This document shows, piece by piece, positions 49,085-58,452 of a DNA stretch of 64,000 nt. Source of the stretch: Chlamydiota bacterium (GTDB lineage Bacteria; Auribacterota; Tritonobacteria; UBA1439); the NCBI GenBank assembly GCA_037133055.1, contig JBAXOY010000001.1:1-64000 (forward strand), written 5' to 3'. A program made the translations under genes and the position numbers. The number at the start of each line of letters is the position of its first letter. The stretch's first letter is position 1. Below the pieces are notes generated by a model. That model did no database searches. It saw only the letters and a program-made list of their open reading frames with translations, and was not told the origin of the DNA.

Positions 49085-49798
49085 CTATCTGGTGCCGTGC
49101 AGGTATGCGCGTCGTTCGGTCTCGGGCAGTTTTTCGATGGCGTAGCGCAGCATGGTTCGGGGCATTTCCTTGTAGTGTCGCGCCAGGAACTGTTCCTCTG
49201 TATCCGGGTTTCTCTTGCCCACCTCGCGCACCATCCACCCCGCGGCCTTGTGGATCAGGTCCTCCCGGTCATACAGCAGCAATCCCGCGACCGCCAGGGT
49301 ATCCGCGAAGTCATTTCTCTTTACGAAGTGAAACGTGGACATAATGGCGATTCTTCGCTCCCACATATTTTTCGACCGCGCGAGCCGGTAGAGGGGCTTT
49401 CTGTCTCGCCTAAACAAGTGCGCCCCCACAATATGCTCCGCAGAACAATCGACCAGATCCCAACTGTTGATGTGGGCCGTGTGGTTCAAGTACGCGCGGT
49501 AGACAGCTTTCTTCTCGCCGGTCCCTCGGGACGAGGAATACCGCGCGACGAGTATCAGCAGGGCAAGGAGTCGGGCTTCATGGAAGGGGGATTTCAGTAA
49601 TCCCAGGGCTTCGTCGAGGGATATTTCCCTGTACTCCCCGCAGCATTGTCTGAGGGTCGGGACACGGATGCCGAGGAACGTATCTCCTTCCCCGTATTCT
49701 CCCTTTCCCGTCCTGAAGAATCGCCGCGACTGGGTCGCGACGCCGGGATCGCCCAGTTCACGCAACCTGCGCACAATCTGCCCGGTGTGGACGCTCAT
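49085..49798 (-). CDS. DNA alkylation repair protein (AlkD family)
   Basis: FFRTGKGEYGEGD.FLGIRVP, INSWDLVD, WERR, IHKAAGWMVREVGKR, MPRTMLRYAIE. Confidence 0.9.
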   Translation of the reverse strand: MSVHTGQIVRRLRELGDPGVATQSRRFFRTGKGEYGEGDTFLGIRVPTLRQCCGEYREISLDEALGLLKSPFHEARLLALLILVARYSSSRGTGEKKAVYRAYLNHTAHINSWDLVDCSAEHIVGAHLFRRDRKPLYRLARSKNMWERRIAIMSTFHFVKRNDFADTLAVAGLLLYDREDLIHKAAGWMVREVGKRNPDTEEQFLARHYKEMPRTMLRYAIEKLPETERRAYLHGTR

Positions 49799-50193
49799 CG
49801 CGCCTCACGGGGAACACTTTTCCTCCGGCCACATCTCCCGCGTGTGCCCACCCCATAGGGAGAGGACTGTTCTCTCATCATCCGAATACAGTACGAATTA
49901 AGGCTCTGGCCCGCGCGCGCGGCGCGAATCGCCAATTCCTTGTGCATTTCTTTTCCGACGCGCACGACAAATTTCCCGGAATAGTCCGATCGGACGGTGG
50001 GCGTCGGCAATGGATCGCCGTCATCCTCATGGATCTTCAGCCATTCGTCCACGGTTCGGCAGAGATCCCCGTAGACCTCCGATTCGACAGGGCCATGAAC
50101 GCCCCCTAACATCAAGCCGGGACAGGTGCCTACATAGCATTGATCTTCCTCCGACCACTCCACGATCTTCAGATACCGGTCGCTCGGTTTCAT
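49795..50193 (-). CDS. hicB: HicB-family antitoxin
   Basis: VEWSEEDQCYVG.CP, YSGKFVVRV...H..L...A...G.SLN. Confidence 0.88.
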   Translation of the reverse strand: MKPSDRYLKIVEWSEEDQCYVGTCPGLMLGGVHGPVESEVYGDLCRTVDEWLKIHEDDGDPLPTPTVRSDYSGKFVVRVGKEMHKELAIRAARAGQSLNSYCIRMMREQSSPYGVGTRGRCGRRKSVPREAR

Positions 50194-50384
50194 GGCGCCA
50201 CCTCTCGAATAGCCTTCAGCAGTTCTCTTTCCTGATATCGCTTCGCATCCTGTCCCGGCCGGCCGCTGATGGTGATCTTGACTCCTTTCGAATGTTTGAA
50301 ATTGCGATGGCTTCCCTTGCCGCCGCGATTGATGAAGCCAGCCCTCTCCAGATCTCGAACAAGCTCCCTGATCTTTCTCGGCAT
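50190..50384 (-). CDS. hicA: HicA-family toxin
   Basis: MPRKIREL...L..AGF...GGKGSHRNFKH, DAKRYQ. Confidence 0.9.
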   Translation of the reverse strand: MPRKIRELVRDLERAGFINRGGKGSHRNFKHSKGVKITISGRPGQDAKRYQERELLKAIREVAP

Positions 50385-50386
50385 GG

Positions 50387-50419
50387 CACTATAGTACTAT
50401 AGTGATATCATTAAGTCAA
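50387..50419 (-). promoter_or_regulatory. hicAB promoter with palindromic operator
   Basis: Minus strand TTGACT-17-TACTAT; perfect 18-bp palindrome CACTATAGTACTATAGTG at 50387-50404 over the -10. Confidence 0.75.
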
Positions 50420-51019
50420 TCGAGCAGACTCGGAAATATGTGTATCTTCATAAAAGAAACCCCGGTTTGCCACGCGACCTTTATCGCGAAATGCGATGCC
50501 TTCCATCTCCAGGAGAGCCCGTTTCATTTTCAATCCGCCCCCATAGCCGCCCAGGGAGCCGTCGGAACTGATCACCCGGTGGCAGGGGATGACAATGGGA
50601 AAGGGATTGGTCGCCAGGGCCGCCCCGACGGCGCGGGCGCCGTTCGGATTGCCCACGTGTTTCGCAATGAGACTATACGTGCTGACCCTGCCGCGGGGAA
50701 TCGCGTGGTCGGCGCGATGGACTTTCTGTTGAAAGGCGGAGCAGAGTTCGAGGCGGACCGCGTCGAGAGAGAACCGGATATCCTCGCCGCTCAGGGATGC
50801 CTCGATCTGACCGACAAGGATGTCGATTTCCGGGCAGGAGGAGGCAGCGGAATCAGGGAAGCATTTCCTGAGAGCGTGCGCGGCAGGGAATCCCGGCTTT
50901 GATATCAGGATGCGGCAGATCCCTGGCTCTCGTCCGTAAGCCGACCAGAGCACAGCCACGGGGCCGAAGGGGGTGGCGCGCAGACGATAGAAAGTCGGAT
51001 TTGGCACTACCTGTTTCAT
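50411..51019 (-). CDS. ogt: Methylated-DNA--protein-cysteine methyltransferase
   Basis: TPFGP, FQQKV, IP.GRVSTY, ARAVG, NPFPIVIPCHRVI, GGYGGG..MKRALL.MEG. Confidence 0.9.
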   Translation of the reverse strand: MKQVVPNPTFYRLRATPFGPVAVLWSAYGREPGICRILISKPGFPAAHALRKCFPDSAASSCPEIDILVGQIEASLSGEDIRFSLDAVRLELCSAFQQKVHRADHAIPRGRVSTYSLIAKHVGNPNGARAVGAALATNPFPIVIPCHRVISSDGSLGGYGGGLKMKRALLEMEGIAFRDKGRVANRGFFYEDTHISESARLT

Positions 51020-51021
51020 GC

Positions 51022-51102
51022 GTCTCACGGGGCTTCGGCTGACCTGCGGCCCGACGCGAGCCTGCTCGCCCAAGGGCTGTCAGGTCCAGCCGCTGGTTGG
51101 GC
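51022..51102 (-). mobile_element. Integron attC-like site immediately upstream of ogt
   Basis: Minus strand GCCCAAC-5-GCTGGACC ... GGTCAGC-9-GTGAGAC; L boxes with extrahelical base; R' non-canonical (GTG). Confidence 0.6.
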
Positions 51103-51294
51103 CGCGCGCAGTGAACCCATCAGCAACCCATCAGGGGCAGACCCCTCCTCTACACAAGTTTATCGTGAATCTGTCTCACCCGTTTCGCCAATCTTCGGTC
51201 TTTCACCATCTGCTACTGAATGCGCGTATGATTAATCGTCACCGCAGCTCCGTTTTCTGACCCTGATATTTCTCTGATCTCTCTCAGAAAGAGG

Positions 51295-52359
51295 TTATTG
51301 CGCCTCCGCAGACAGGAACTTGAACGGTTCGGCATTTTTAAACATTGCCGCCGCGCTGCCGCTGTAGGTCTCGCCGCCTGAGAGCGTCAGCTTCTTGACC
51401 GGTGCCCCCCCTTTGAAGTCCAGGTCCGCCAGAGGCACCCGGAACACGGTCGGGCTGGTGGCCGAGTCGAAATAAAGAACTTTGTTCTTGTGGTCGTAGA
51501 CTGTGCGCCAGATCGTGCTGGAAATGTTGGGCTGGCCCGGGGTGGTGATGCCCAGCGGGACCGAGACGCCGCGAATCACGCTGAAGACCGAGGCTACGGC
51601 TCTCTTGTGTTCGTCGGTTTTGGGGATGGCGTTGATGTAGAAGGAGGCACGGGCGAAGCGGTCGGCGGCCCTGTTGGTGCCCGGGAGAAATGTCAGCCCG
51701 CCGATTTGCTCCCAGTACTTGTTGAGCGCGAGCTGCTGGTCGAAGGTCGGGGAGTTGGTCATGACCTGGTACTCGCGCCCGTGGTGGATGACCAGCGTGC
51801 CCTTGACATACTCGAAAATCGCCGAGTCGCCGCTCGGATCCGAGATCGCCATGTGCCCCTGGGCGTGGGCGCCGGTTGGCAGTATGGGGGCGATGATCAC
51901 GAAGGGCTCCCTGCGCAAGGCGTCGACCGCCTCGGCGACGGTGGCGAAGTTGTCCAGCACATATTGGGCCCAGGCGGTGATCGAGAGAGTCGACTGCGTG
52001 CCGTCAGGTTTGCCGTAGTCGGATTCAACCAGGAAGAGGATGTTGGAGACCAGGCCCTTCTCGTTCATGCCGTCGACGGAGCCGACATCATAGAAGGCGC
52101 AGATGACGCTGCCGTACGCGCTGGTCCAGGCGATGGAATTGGGGCCCGCTGCCCCGTCGCGCTTCATGCCGCGCGGAAAGCAATAGAGGTTCGTGCCCGG
52201 GTCCTCCGCCCAGTCCATCGACCGGGCGACGATGACCGTGTCCTTCGGCCCAAGGTAAACGCAGCGGGTGCACGCGTCGGAGGCGGTCGGCAGAAGCGCC
52301 GCACAGGCAACGGCGGCTCCCAAGACAGTGACGATTCGGGTGACGATAGTGTGTCTCAT
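51295..52359 (-). CDS. Secreted linear amide C-N hydrolase (choloylglycine hydrolase/penicillin V acylase family)
   Basis: Signal peptide ending SDA then CTR nucleophile; ARSMDW, DGMNEKGL, VMTNSP, RFARA. Confidence 0.9.
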   Translation of the reverse strand: MRHTIVTRIVTVLGAAVACAALLPTASDACTRCVYLGPKDTVIVARSMDWAEDPGTNLYCFPRGMKRDGAAGPNSIAWTSAYGSVICAFYDVGSVDGMNEKGLVSNILFLVESDYGKPDGTQSTLSITAWAQYVLDNFATVAEAVDALRREPFVIIAPILPTGAHAQGHMAISDPSGDSAIFEYVKGTLVIHHGREYQVMTNSPTFDQQLALNKYWEQIGGLTFLPGTNRAADRFARASFYINAIPKTDEHKRAVASVFSVIRGVSVPLGITTPGQPNISSTIWRTVYDHKNKVLYFDSATSPTVFRVPLADLDFKGGAPVKKLTLSGGETYSGSAAAMFKNAEPFKFLSAEAQ

Positions 52360-52509
52360 GCAGAATACCCTCCATGGTTTATAGTGACATCTCAATCGCT
52401 TCTCACTATAGCAGATTGATCCCAAGGAGACTACGTGCAGACCTTCCGGTTCTCCGGATCATGGGACCGATGCGTATGTCGAGGTTGCGCCTCCCCTCTT
52501 TCGCGCCCC

Positions 52510-52998
52510 TCATGTCAGTGAAACACGCAGCAACTGCCTGAGGATCACCCACCGCGTCACGACAAACCCCAGCAGACCGGTGTACACGGCCTTGAACAAG
52601 GCGAACCGCGCGAAACAAAGCCCGGGGATACCGGCCAGATGAAACAGTCCACATGTGAGTGGCGCAAGAACGAACGCGATGCCGAACCCGAGCATCAGTC
52701 CCAGGGCCCACGAGTGACCGGGCAGGCGCGAGAGCAGACGTCCCTCACGGGAAAACCCGCTGACGGCCCTGACGCGCCCGGCCTTGAGATCACGATGGAC
52801 ACCGGATGTGACGAACAGCGCCACCAGCAGAGATAGGACGACCGAAGTCACTGCGGCATCGCTTACAATGCTGCGGAGCGGCATGAACCTCATCCCGCGG
52901 TTGCCGACCCATGCCAGTGCCGGGTTGAGCGCCATGTTGATCACGGCCGCACTTGCGCCTTGTCTTCGAACGTACACAGCGACCGATTGCGGCATCAT
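52510..52998 (-). CDS. Hypothetical four-TM membrane protein
   Basis: GGAGG RBS; four hydrophobic segments. Confidence 0.65.
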   Translation of the reverse strand: MMPQSVAVYVRRQGASAAVINMALNPALAWVGNRGMRFMPLRSIVSDAAVTSVVLSLLVALFVTSGVHRDLKAGRVRAVSGFSREGRLLSRLPGHSWALGLMLGFGIAFVLAPLTCGLFHLAGIPGLCFARFALFKAVYTGLLGFVVTRWVILRQLLRVSLT

Positions 52999-53045
52999 GT
53001 GACCTCCCGGCACACCGCAGTGCCTCGTCACCAGGTTCAGAAGGC

Positions 53046-53876
53046 CTAATAATACGACCCGGTGGACTGGAACGCGCTGCGGCGTTGCCTGGCCATATCC
53101 ATCAAAAGGTTTTCAGCGGATTCAGGGGACGTTCGATACTGGAGCCAGTACTTCCGGGCTGATTCAGGCAGGACGATGATGCCCTCCCCGTTCGCGACGC
53201 CCGCGAGGATGATCCGCGCCGCCTCTTCCGCGGGGATCGCATTGTCCGGGGGCTTCACCTCCCTGCGTTCGCCGATGATCGGCGTCCCGTAGATGCGGGT
53301 GGCGACGTCCGCGGGGCACACGGCGGAGAGATGAATGCCCTCGTCCGCGAGTTCGAAGCGGAGGCTTTCGCTGAGGCCCACCAGCGCATACTTGGTGGCG
53401 CAGTACAGGGCCTGGAACGGGAACGGCATGAGCCCGGCGAGCGACGACGTGTTGATGAGGTGACCCCCGCCCTGGCGGCGCATGACCGGGATGGCGGCGT
53501 GGACCCCGTAGATGATGCCCCAGAGGTTGACGTCAATGAGGCGGCGCCAATGCTCCAGCGTCGCGTCGCCGATCGGCATCGTGCATCCGACGCCGGCATT
53601 GTTGAAGAGAAAATCCAGCCGGCCATGGCGCGACGCCGCGTCCTGGATCAACCTCTGCACCTGTCCCTGGCTCGTCACGTCGACGTTCGCGGAATGCACA
53701 CGCCCGGCATGTGCGCCGAGCCGTTCGACCGCGGAGACCAGCGTCTTCGCATCCCGATCCGCCAGTACGACAGCCGCGCCCGCATGCAGAAGCGCTTCCG
53801 CGACTGCAAAGCCGATACCCGACGCCGCGCCGGTGACCACGCACCCCTTGTCGCGGAAGTGTTCTTCGACATGCAT
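53046..53876 (-). CDS. Short-chain dehydrogenase/reductase
   Basis: TGAASGIG, NNAG, YCATK. Confidence 0.92.
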   Translation of the reverse strand: MHVEEHFRDKGCVVTGAASGIGFAVAEALLHAGAAVVLADRDAKTLVSAVERLGAHAGRVHSANVDVTSQGQVQRLIQDAASRHGRLDFLFNNAGVGCTMPIGDATLEHWRRLIDVNLWGIIYGVHAAIPVMRRQGGGHLINTSSLAGLMPFPFQALYCATKYALVGLSESLRFELADEGIHLSAVCPADVATRIYGTPIIGERREVKPPDNAIPAEEAARIILAGVANGEGIIVLPESARKYWLQYRTSPESAENLLMDMARQRRSAFQSTGSYY

Positions 53877-54214
53877 GTCACGTCCTCCCCTCTATGGACT
53901 TGTGTGATGGCGTTCGGTGATACTGCAAAACAAGGGTTCTCTTCCGTACCTTACCTCTCACGCAATCCGCGGACTGGACCGCGGACGGCGCTCCACGTAA
54001 AACGAAAAGAAGATTCCTACGCGATGCGCGCCTCGCAGGATTATAGGAGGGGTTATCCTCCTTGACCAGCATTTAGATTGCGCGCGTGCATCGGCCCCGG
54101 TGTGGCCGTCGCGAACCGGCGATCCGTACCGCGACAGGCGCCGCCGCGACTGCCGCATCGCTCACGGGGCATGGCTGTGCTACACTGGAGCGGATAGGGA
54201 AGGCCGACCGTACC

Positions 54215-55333
54215 ATGGACACCGCGCGATTCATCCGCAACGAACTGCCCCGGCTCTTTCCGCCCCCGCCCCGCCCGGTGAGCGCGGCGCTCCTGAAACT
54301 CGGGCGCCGGCTCGCGGAGGGCGGGAGTCTTCGCGCGGCGGATGCGGCGAGCGCAGTGGAGATCATGATGGGGGGAGAGTGCGACCCGTATGAGGCGGGG
54401 CTCTTTCTCTCCGCGTTCCAATCGTCCGACTGCACCCCGCGGGCGCTCGCCGCGATGGCCGGGGTGATGCGGGCGAAGATGGTGCCCGTCGCGGTCCGCC
54501 CAGGTGAAGGGCCCCTCGGCGACAACTGCGGCACGGGGGGAGACAGCCTGCATCTCTTCAATGTCTCCACCGCCGCCATGTTCATCCTTGCCGCGGCGGG
54601 GGTCAGGATCGCCAAGCACGGGAACCGGGCGAGCACCTCGCGATGCGGGAGCGCGGACGCCCTCGAAGCGCTGGGCGCGCTGATCGATCTCGGCCCGGAG
54701 GAGGTCGCCCGCTGCATCGGGGAGGCCGGGATAGGATTCATGTTCGCTCCGCGTTACCACCCGGCGATGAAAAACGTCTCGGAGGTCCGGAGGGCGCTGC
54801 CGTTCCGCACCGTCTTCAACCTGCTGGGTCCGCTCTGCAACCCGGCCCCCGTCGACTTCCAGATCCTCGGCGTCTATCATCCGGACATGCTCGACCTCGC
54901 GGGGAAAGCCGCGCGGATTCTGAAAATCCCGCGCGCGCTCATCGTCTGCGGCCGAACGGGGCATAAGGGTGCGTGGATGGACGAGGTGTCGGTATCGGGA
55001 GCGACCCGGGCGGTCATGCTCTCGAAGGGACGGATGCGTCCCGTGGAGATCACGCCGCGCGCGCTTGGAATTCCCTGCGCCCCGATTGACTCGCTCCGGG
55101 GCGGGACGCCGCGCAGGAACGCGGGGATCCTCACGGAGATACTTGCGGGGAAGGACAAGGGCCCTCGCCGGGACATCTGTCTCGCCAACGCGGCCGTGGG
55201 ACTCTATGCTGCCGGGACAGCGCCGGACCTCCGTGAGGGAATGGCCCGCGCACGCGAGGCGCTCGAGAGCGGCAGGGCAATCGAGAAACTCGAACAGTTC
55301 ATCGCCGCGACCCGGCGTCTGGGTCAGAAATGA
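54215..55333 (+). CDS. trpD: Anthranilate phosphoribosyltransferase
   Basis: DNCGTGGD, FNVSTA, KHGNRASTS.CGSAD.LEALG, RTVFNLLGPLCNP, MDEVS. Confidence 0.93.
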   Translation: MDTARFIRNELPRLFPPPPRPVSAALLKLGRRLAEGGSLRAADAASAVEIMMGGECDPYEAGLFLSAFQSSDCTPRALAAMAGVMRAKMVPVAVRPGEGPLGDNCGTGGDSLHLFNVSTAAMFILAAAGVRIAKHGNRASTSRCGSADALEALGALIDLGPEEVARCIGEAGIGFMFAPRYHPAMKNVSEVRRALPFRTVFNLLGPLCNPAPVDFQILGVYHPDMLDLAGKAARILKIPRALIVCGRTGHKGAWMDEVSVSGATRAVMLSKGRMRPVEITPRALGIPCAPIDSLRGGTPRRNAGILTEILAGKDKGPRRDICLANAAVGLYAAGTAPDLREGMARAREALESGRAIEKLEQFIAATRRLGQK

Positions 55334-56139
55334 TATTCCGGGTTATGTCGGTCGAAATCCTTGTCGGTGAAGCCGGGGTTCAGCTCAAGGTTTTCGTAGA
55401 GGTATTCCTCGGAGAGGTTGTTGTCCCAGTCATAGATTCGAATCTTCACCGGGAGGCCGTTCTCCTCGTCGAACCAGACCATGCACCGGTAGCAGTAGTA
55501 CCCCTTCGAGCGGTCCGCCGGCAGCACCGACTCGAGCACCCGCGTACGCCGCCCGGAAACCGTCTCCGTCCCCCTGTCGATCACGTCGCTCGCCTTTTCA
55601 CCCCGCGCGCGCCGCGCATTTTTCATGAATACATCGAGAAAATATCCTATCCCCGTGTGATTGATCGGGTGAATGTTGTCGCGCATCACCCAGTACCCGT
55701 CGACGTCGATGGGGATGACCGGGGTCACCATGCCCTTCCATCCCCCCGCCCGGACAAGTGCCCTCGGCCCGTACCGTGAAGGCGAGTAGAGCATCTCCTG
55801 GCCTTCATGCTGTTTCGAGAGCCATTTCATGTAGACGTCCATCGGCTTCCTGAATTTGAGAAGTATCCGCTGGGCATCCTGGAGCCCGCCGCCGATGCGC
55901 TGGCGCTTCTCGAACATGCACCGGTACTCCCGCACCTTCCCGTACTGTTCGACGGCACGGTCGATAACGCCATGAAGCCTCGCGAGGTCTTCACCCGCCG
56001 CGCCGGGCCCGGACTCTTCATTGCGGGGCGGCGCGGGCGCCGGAGCGACCGCGCACCCGTACATCGCGGCAAGCGCCGCGGAAACCGCAAGGACCCCCTG
56101 CACCCGTCCGAACCTCTTCACCCACGCCGCGTATTTCAT
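55324..56139 (-). CDS. DUF1571-like (LolA-fold) lipoprotein
   Basis: MYGC lipobox; Y.C.F.KRQRI.G.L, KFRKP..VYMKW, HPI...GIG, EEY.Y..L.LNPG.TD.DFD..NPEY.F. Confidence 0.75.
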   Translation of the reverse strand: MKYAAWVKRFGRVQGVLAVSAALAAMYGCAVAPAPAPPRNEESGPGAAGEDLARLHGVIDRAVEQYGKVREYRCMFEKRQRIGGGLQDAQRILLKFRKPMDVYMKWLSKQHEGQEMLYSPSRYGPRALVRAGGWKGMVTPVIPIDVDGYWVMRDNIHPINHTGIGYFLDVFMKNARRARGEKASDVIDRGTETVSGRRTRVLESVLPADRSKGYYCYRCMVWFDEENGLPVKIRIYDWDNNLSEEYLYENLELNPGFTDKDFDRHNPEYHF

Positions 56140-58328
56140 TCGCCCTCCCCGTAGAGTTCCCGCACGACCGCCCTGAGCGTCTCAGCGTCGAGCAGGTATA
56201 GCTGGTTGAGAATATTTTTTCGGCCGTCGATCCCGGGAAACGCGCCGGGGCGCGACGCCACGCGGCCCACGATCGCATCGAGAACGCGGCGGCAGGCGTC
56301 CCTGTGCGCCCCCGTCGCTCCCGCGAGCTGCGCGTGGACCGTCAGGAGCCAGAGCGACGGATCGCCGCCGCGGGCGAGACTGCATACGGTGGCGCGCTCC
56401 TCGAACCATCTCTCGATCCGCCGCGGAGAGAAGAGCGCGCGAGCGGCGAGCCCGATGCACCGCGCGGGATGCTTCGAGACGGGGAGGAAGCGCCTCAAGT
56501 CGCCGAGGTGCAGGCGCTCGTGCGCGGCGACAAGTTCGGCGTACCGGTCCTCGATGCGCGCCTCGATCGGCTCCCCCGCCGGGCAGGAGATCGACCGGCA
56601 GACTTTCTCGAAAAGCCTCTTCTCGAGCATGCGTGAGAACAGCACCTCGCGCGGCCCGAGCGGACCACGGCCGGTCTCATCGAGAAACCACGAGTGCCCG
56701 AGCGGATCCCTCCTCCGCGAGCCCCGCGACTCGCACAGGTCGCTCCACCGCGACGGGTCGTAGAAGACCGCGAGACCCGTGAACGGCGGGTAGGCCAGCC
56801 CGCTCTCCCCCTCCATCACGCCGCTGCCCGACGGGCAGCAGGTGGTCTCCCAGTGGAACGGCCCGCGCGCGTCGCCGCGCCTGAGCGCGCACCGGATCAC
56901 CTCGGCGACCTCGAAGGTCATCCGCCGCGCGCACACGTTCTCAAAAAAGATGATCTCGCGGTTCCCCCCGCGGAGCGCGTCGAGCAGCGGCTGGGGCCGT
57001 CCCGTGGCGTCGCCGAACCAGCGGACCCCGGCGAGGGAGCGGATCGACCCCGGCAGGACCACCGGCCGCCCCGCCGCCTCCGCCGTCACCCGGGTGAGCT
57101 CTCCCACCGCGCGGGGGAAAGAGATGCGGGGAGACCGCCGGCGTGTGCCGCTATCGAGCCACTTCCCGTAGCGGCCCAGTGCGTCCAGAACCTTCACCCC
57201 CTCGGCATCCGCGGCGAGGGGACCGCCGCGCGCCGCGTCTCCTCCCTCGGCCCTGCGGACGGAGGCCGCCTCCGCCCACCAGCCCATCGCCTCGTACGAC
57301 TCCGCAAGGGCGGCGAACGCAGCGGGACCGGCGCCGGGAGGTGCCGCGCGCGCCGTCTCCTCGACACGGCGCCAGAGGGGCAGGAGCCGGTTGTCCTCCG
57401 CGGAGAGCTGCATCCCGAAAAGCGAGCGCCACAGCCCGACCGCCTTCCCGTGGAGACCTGAGTCGGCGTAAAGGCGGCGCAGGTCCTGCGCGAAAACGAA
57501 GGGGAGCGGCCCCGCGCGCGCGGCGTTCTCGTACCATTCGACCGCCCCCGCCCGGTCCCCGCCCCGCGCCAGAAAATATCCCCTGTACGCCGCGAGCGGC
57601 GGACTCCCCGGGAAACGGGCTGCCGCGATCGCGCTTATGGCCGCCCCCTCGTCCGTCCGGTCGAGGGCCTGGCACTCCGAAAGCGCCGCGGCAAACAGCT
57701 CGCCCGGCGCGTCCTCATCCCGAAGAAGCTCCCGGTAGAGTTGGAGGGCCCGCTCGCGCCTCCCCGCGAGCGACTCGAGATGCGCCTTCGCGATGCGAGC
57801 CTGCATGAATAACCGGTCACCGTCGAGCGCCGCGGCGATCTCCTCCTCCGCCCCCTCCCGGTCTCCCCGGCCCAGGAGATTCATGGCCCTGCCGTAATGC
57901 CCCCAGGGGAAACGCGGGTCGAGCGCGATCACCCGAGCGAACTCCCGGTCCTGGCTCGATGGATCGTCGAGAAGACGACCGTACAGGTAGCGCAGGGCGG
58001 GGTCGCCGGGGTTCCGGCGCACCGCCGCCCCGTAGTCCCGCGCCAGCTCCTCCTGAAACCCTAGGTCGAGCATGAGGTTCTGGTATTCCCGGTGCGCCGG
58101 GATATGGCCGGGGAGGAGAACGGTCGCGGCGCGGAACTCATCGAGCGCCGCATCGTACCGAAGGGACATCCTGAGGGCGAGCCCCCGCCGGTAATGCGCG
58201 TCCGCCGGGGACGACGCCCCCCGGACGGACTCCCCGGGGGGGGATTCCTTTTCATCCTTCGAGGCCGGCGATGCCGCGGAAAGGGCACAGGCGCAGAACA
58301 ACAGCGCGACTGCCGGGGTTCTTTTCAT
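56136..58328 (-). CDS. Secreted TPR protein with C-terminal HExxH-containing domain
   Basis: Signal peptide MKRTPAVALL; N-terminal TPRs; AHERLH with downstream E (WFEERA). Confidence 0.7.
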   Translation of the reverse strand: MKRTPAVALLFCACALSAASPASKDEKESPPGESVRGASSPADAHYRRGLALRMSLRYDAALDEFRAATVLLPGHIPAHREYQNLMLDLGFQEELARDYGAAVRRNPGDPALRYLYGRLLDDPSSQDREFARVIALDPRFPWGHYGRAMNLLGRGDREGAEEEIAAALDGDRLFMQARIAKAHLESLAGRRERALQLYRELLRDEDAPGELFAAALSECQALDRTDEGAAISAIAAARFPGSPPLAAYRGYFLARGGDRAGAVEWYENAARAGPLPFVFAQDLRRLYADSGLHGKAVGLWRSLFGMQLSAEDNRLLPLWRRVEETARAAPPGAGPAAFAALAESYEAMGWWAEAASVRRAEGGDAARGGPLAADAEGVKVLDALGRYGKWLDSGTRRRSPRISFPRAVGELTRVTAEAAGRPVVLPGSIRSLAGVRWFGDATGRPQPLLDALRGGNREIIFFENVCARRMTFEVAEVIRCALRRGDARGPFHWETTCCPSGSGVMEGESGLAYPPFTGLAVFYDPSRWSDLCESRGSRRRDPLGHSWFLDETGRGPLGPREVLFSRMLEKRLFEKVCRSISCPAGEPIEARIEDRYAELVAAHERLHLGDLRRFLPVSKHPARCIGLAARALFSPRRIERWFEERATVCSLARGGDPSLWLLTVHAQLAGATGAHRDACRRVLDAIVGRVASRPGAFPGIDGRKNILNQLYLLDAETLRAVVRELYGEGE

Positions 58329-58452
58329 GGGCAGTAGTATATACCGGAGAGACCCCGGTAACTGCATATATTGATGCGCACGGGGACGGTGTGGTATAGT
58401 GGACGCTCGGCACGCAGGCCGCGCACGACGAACCGAAAGGAGCCGGAAAGCC

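Noticed and set aside
51150..51260. Short minus-strand frame MVKDRRLAKRVRQIHDKLV as a transposase tail
   Set aside because: Too short to assign by eye
53878..54072. Short ORFs between the SDR gene and trpD
   Set aside because: No recognisable motif or consistent codon bias; likely intergenic or decayed
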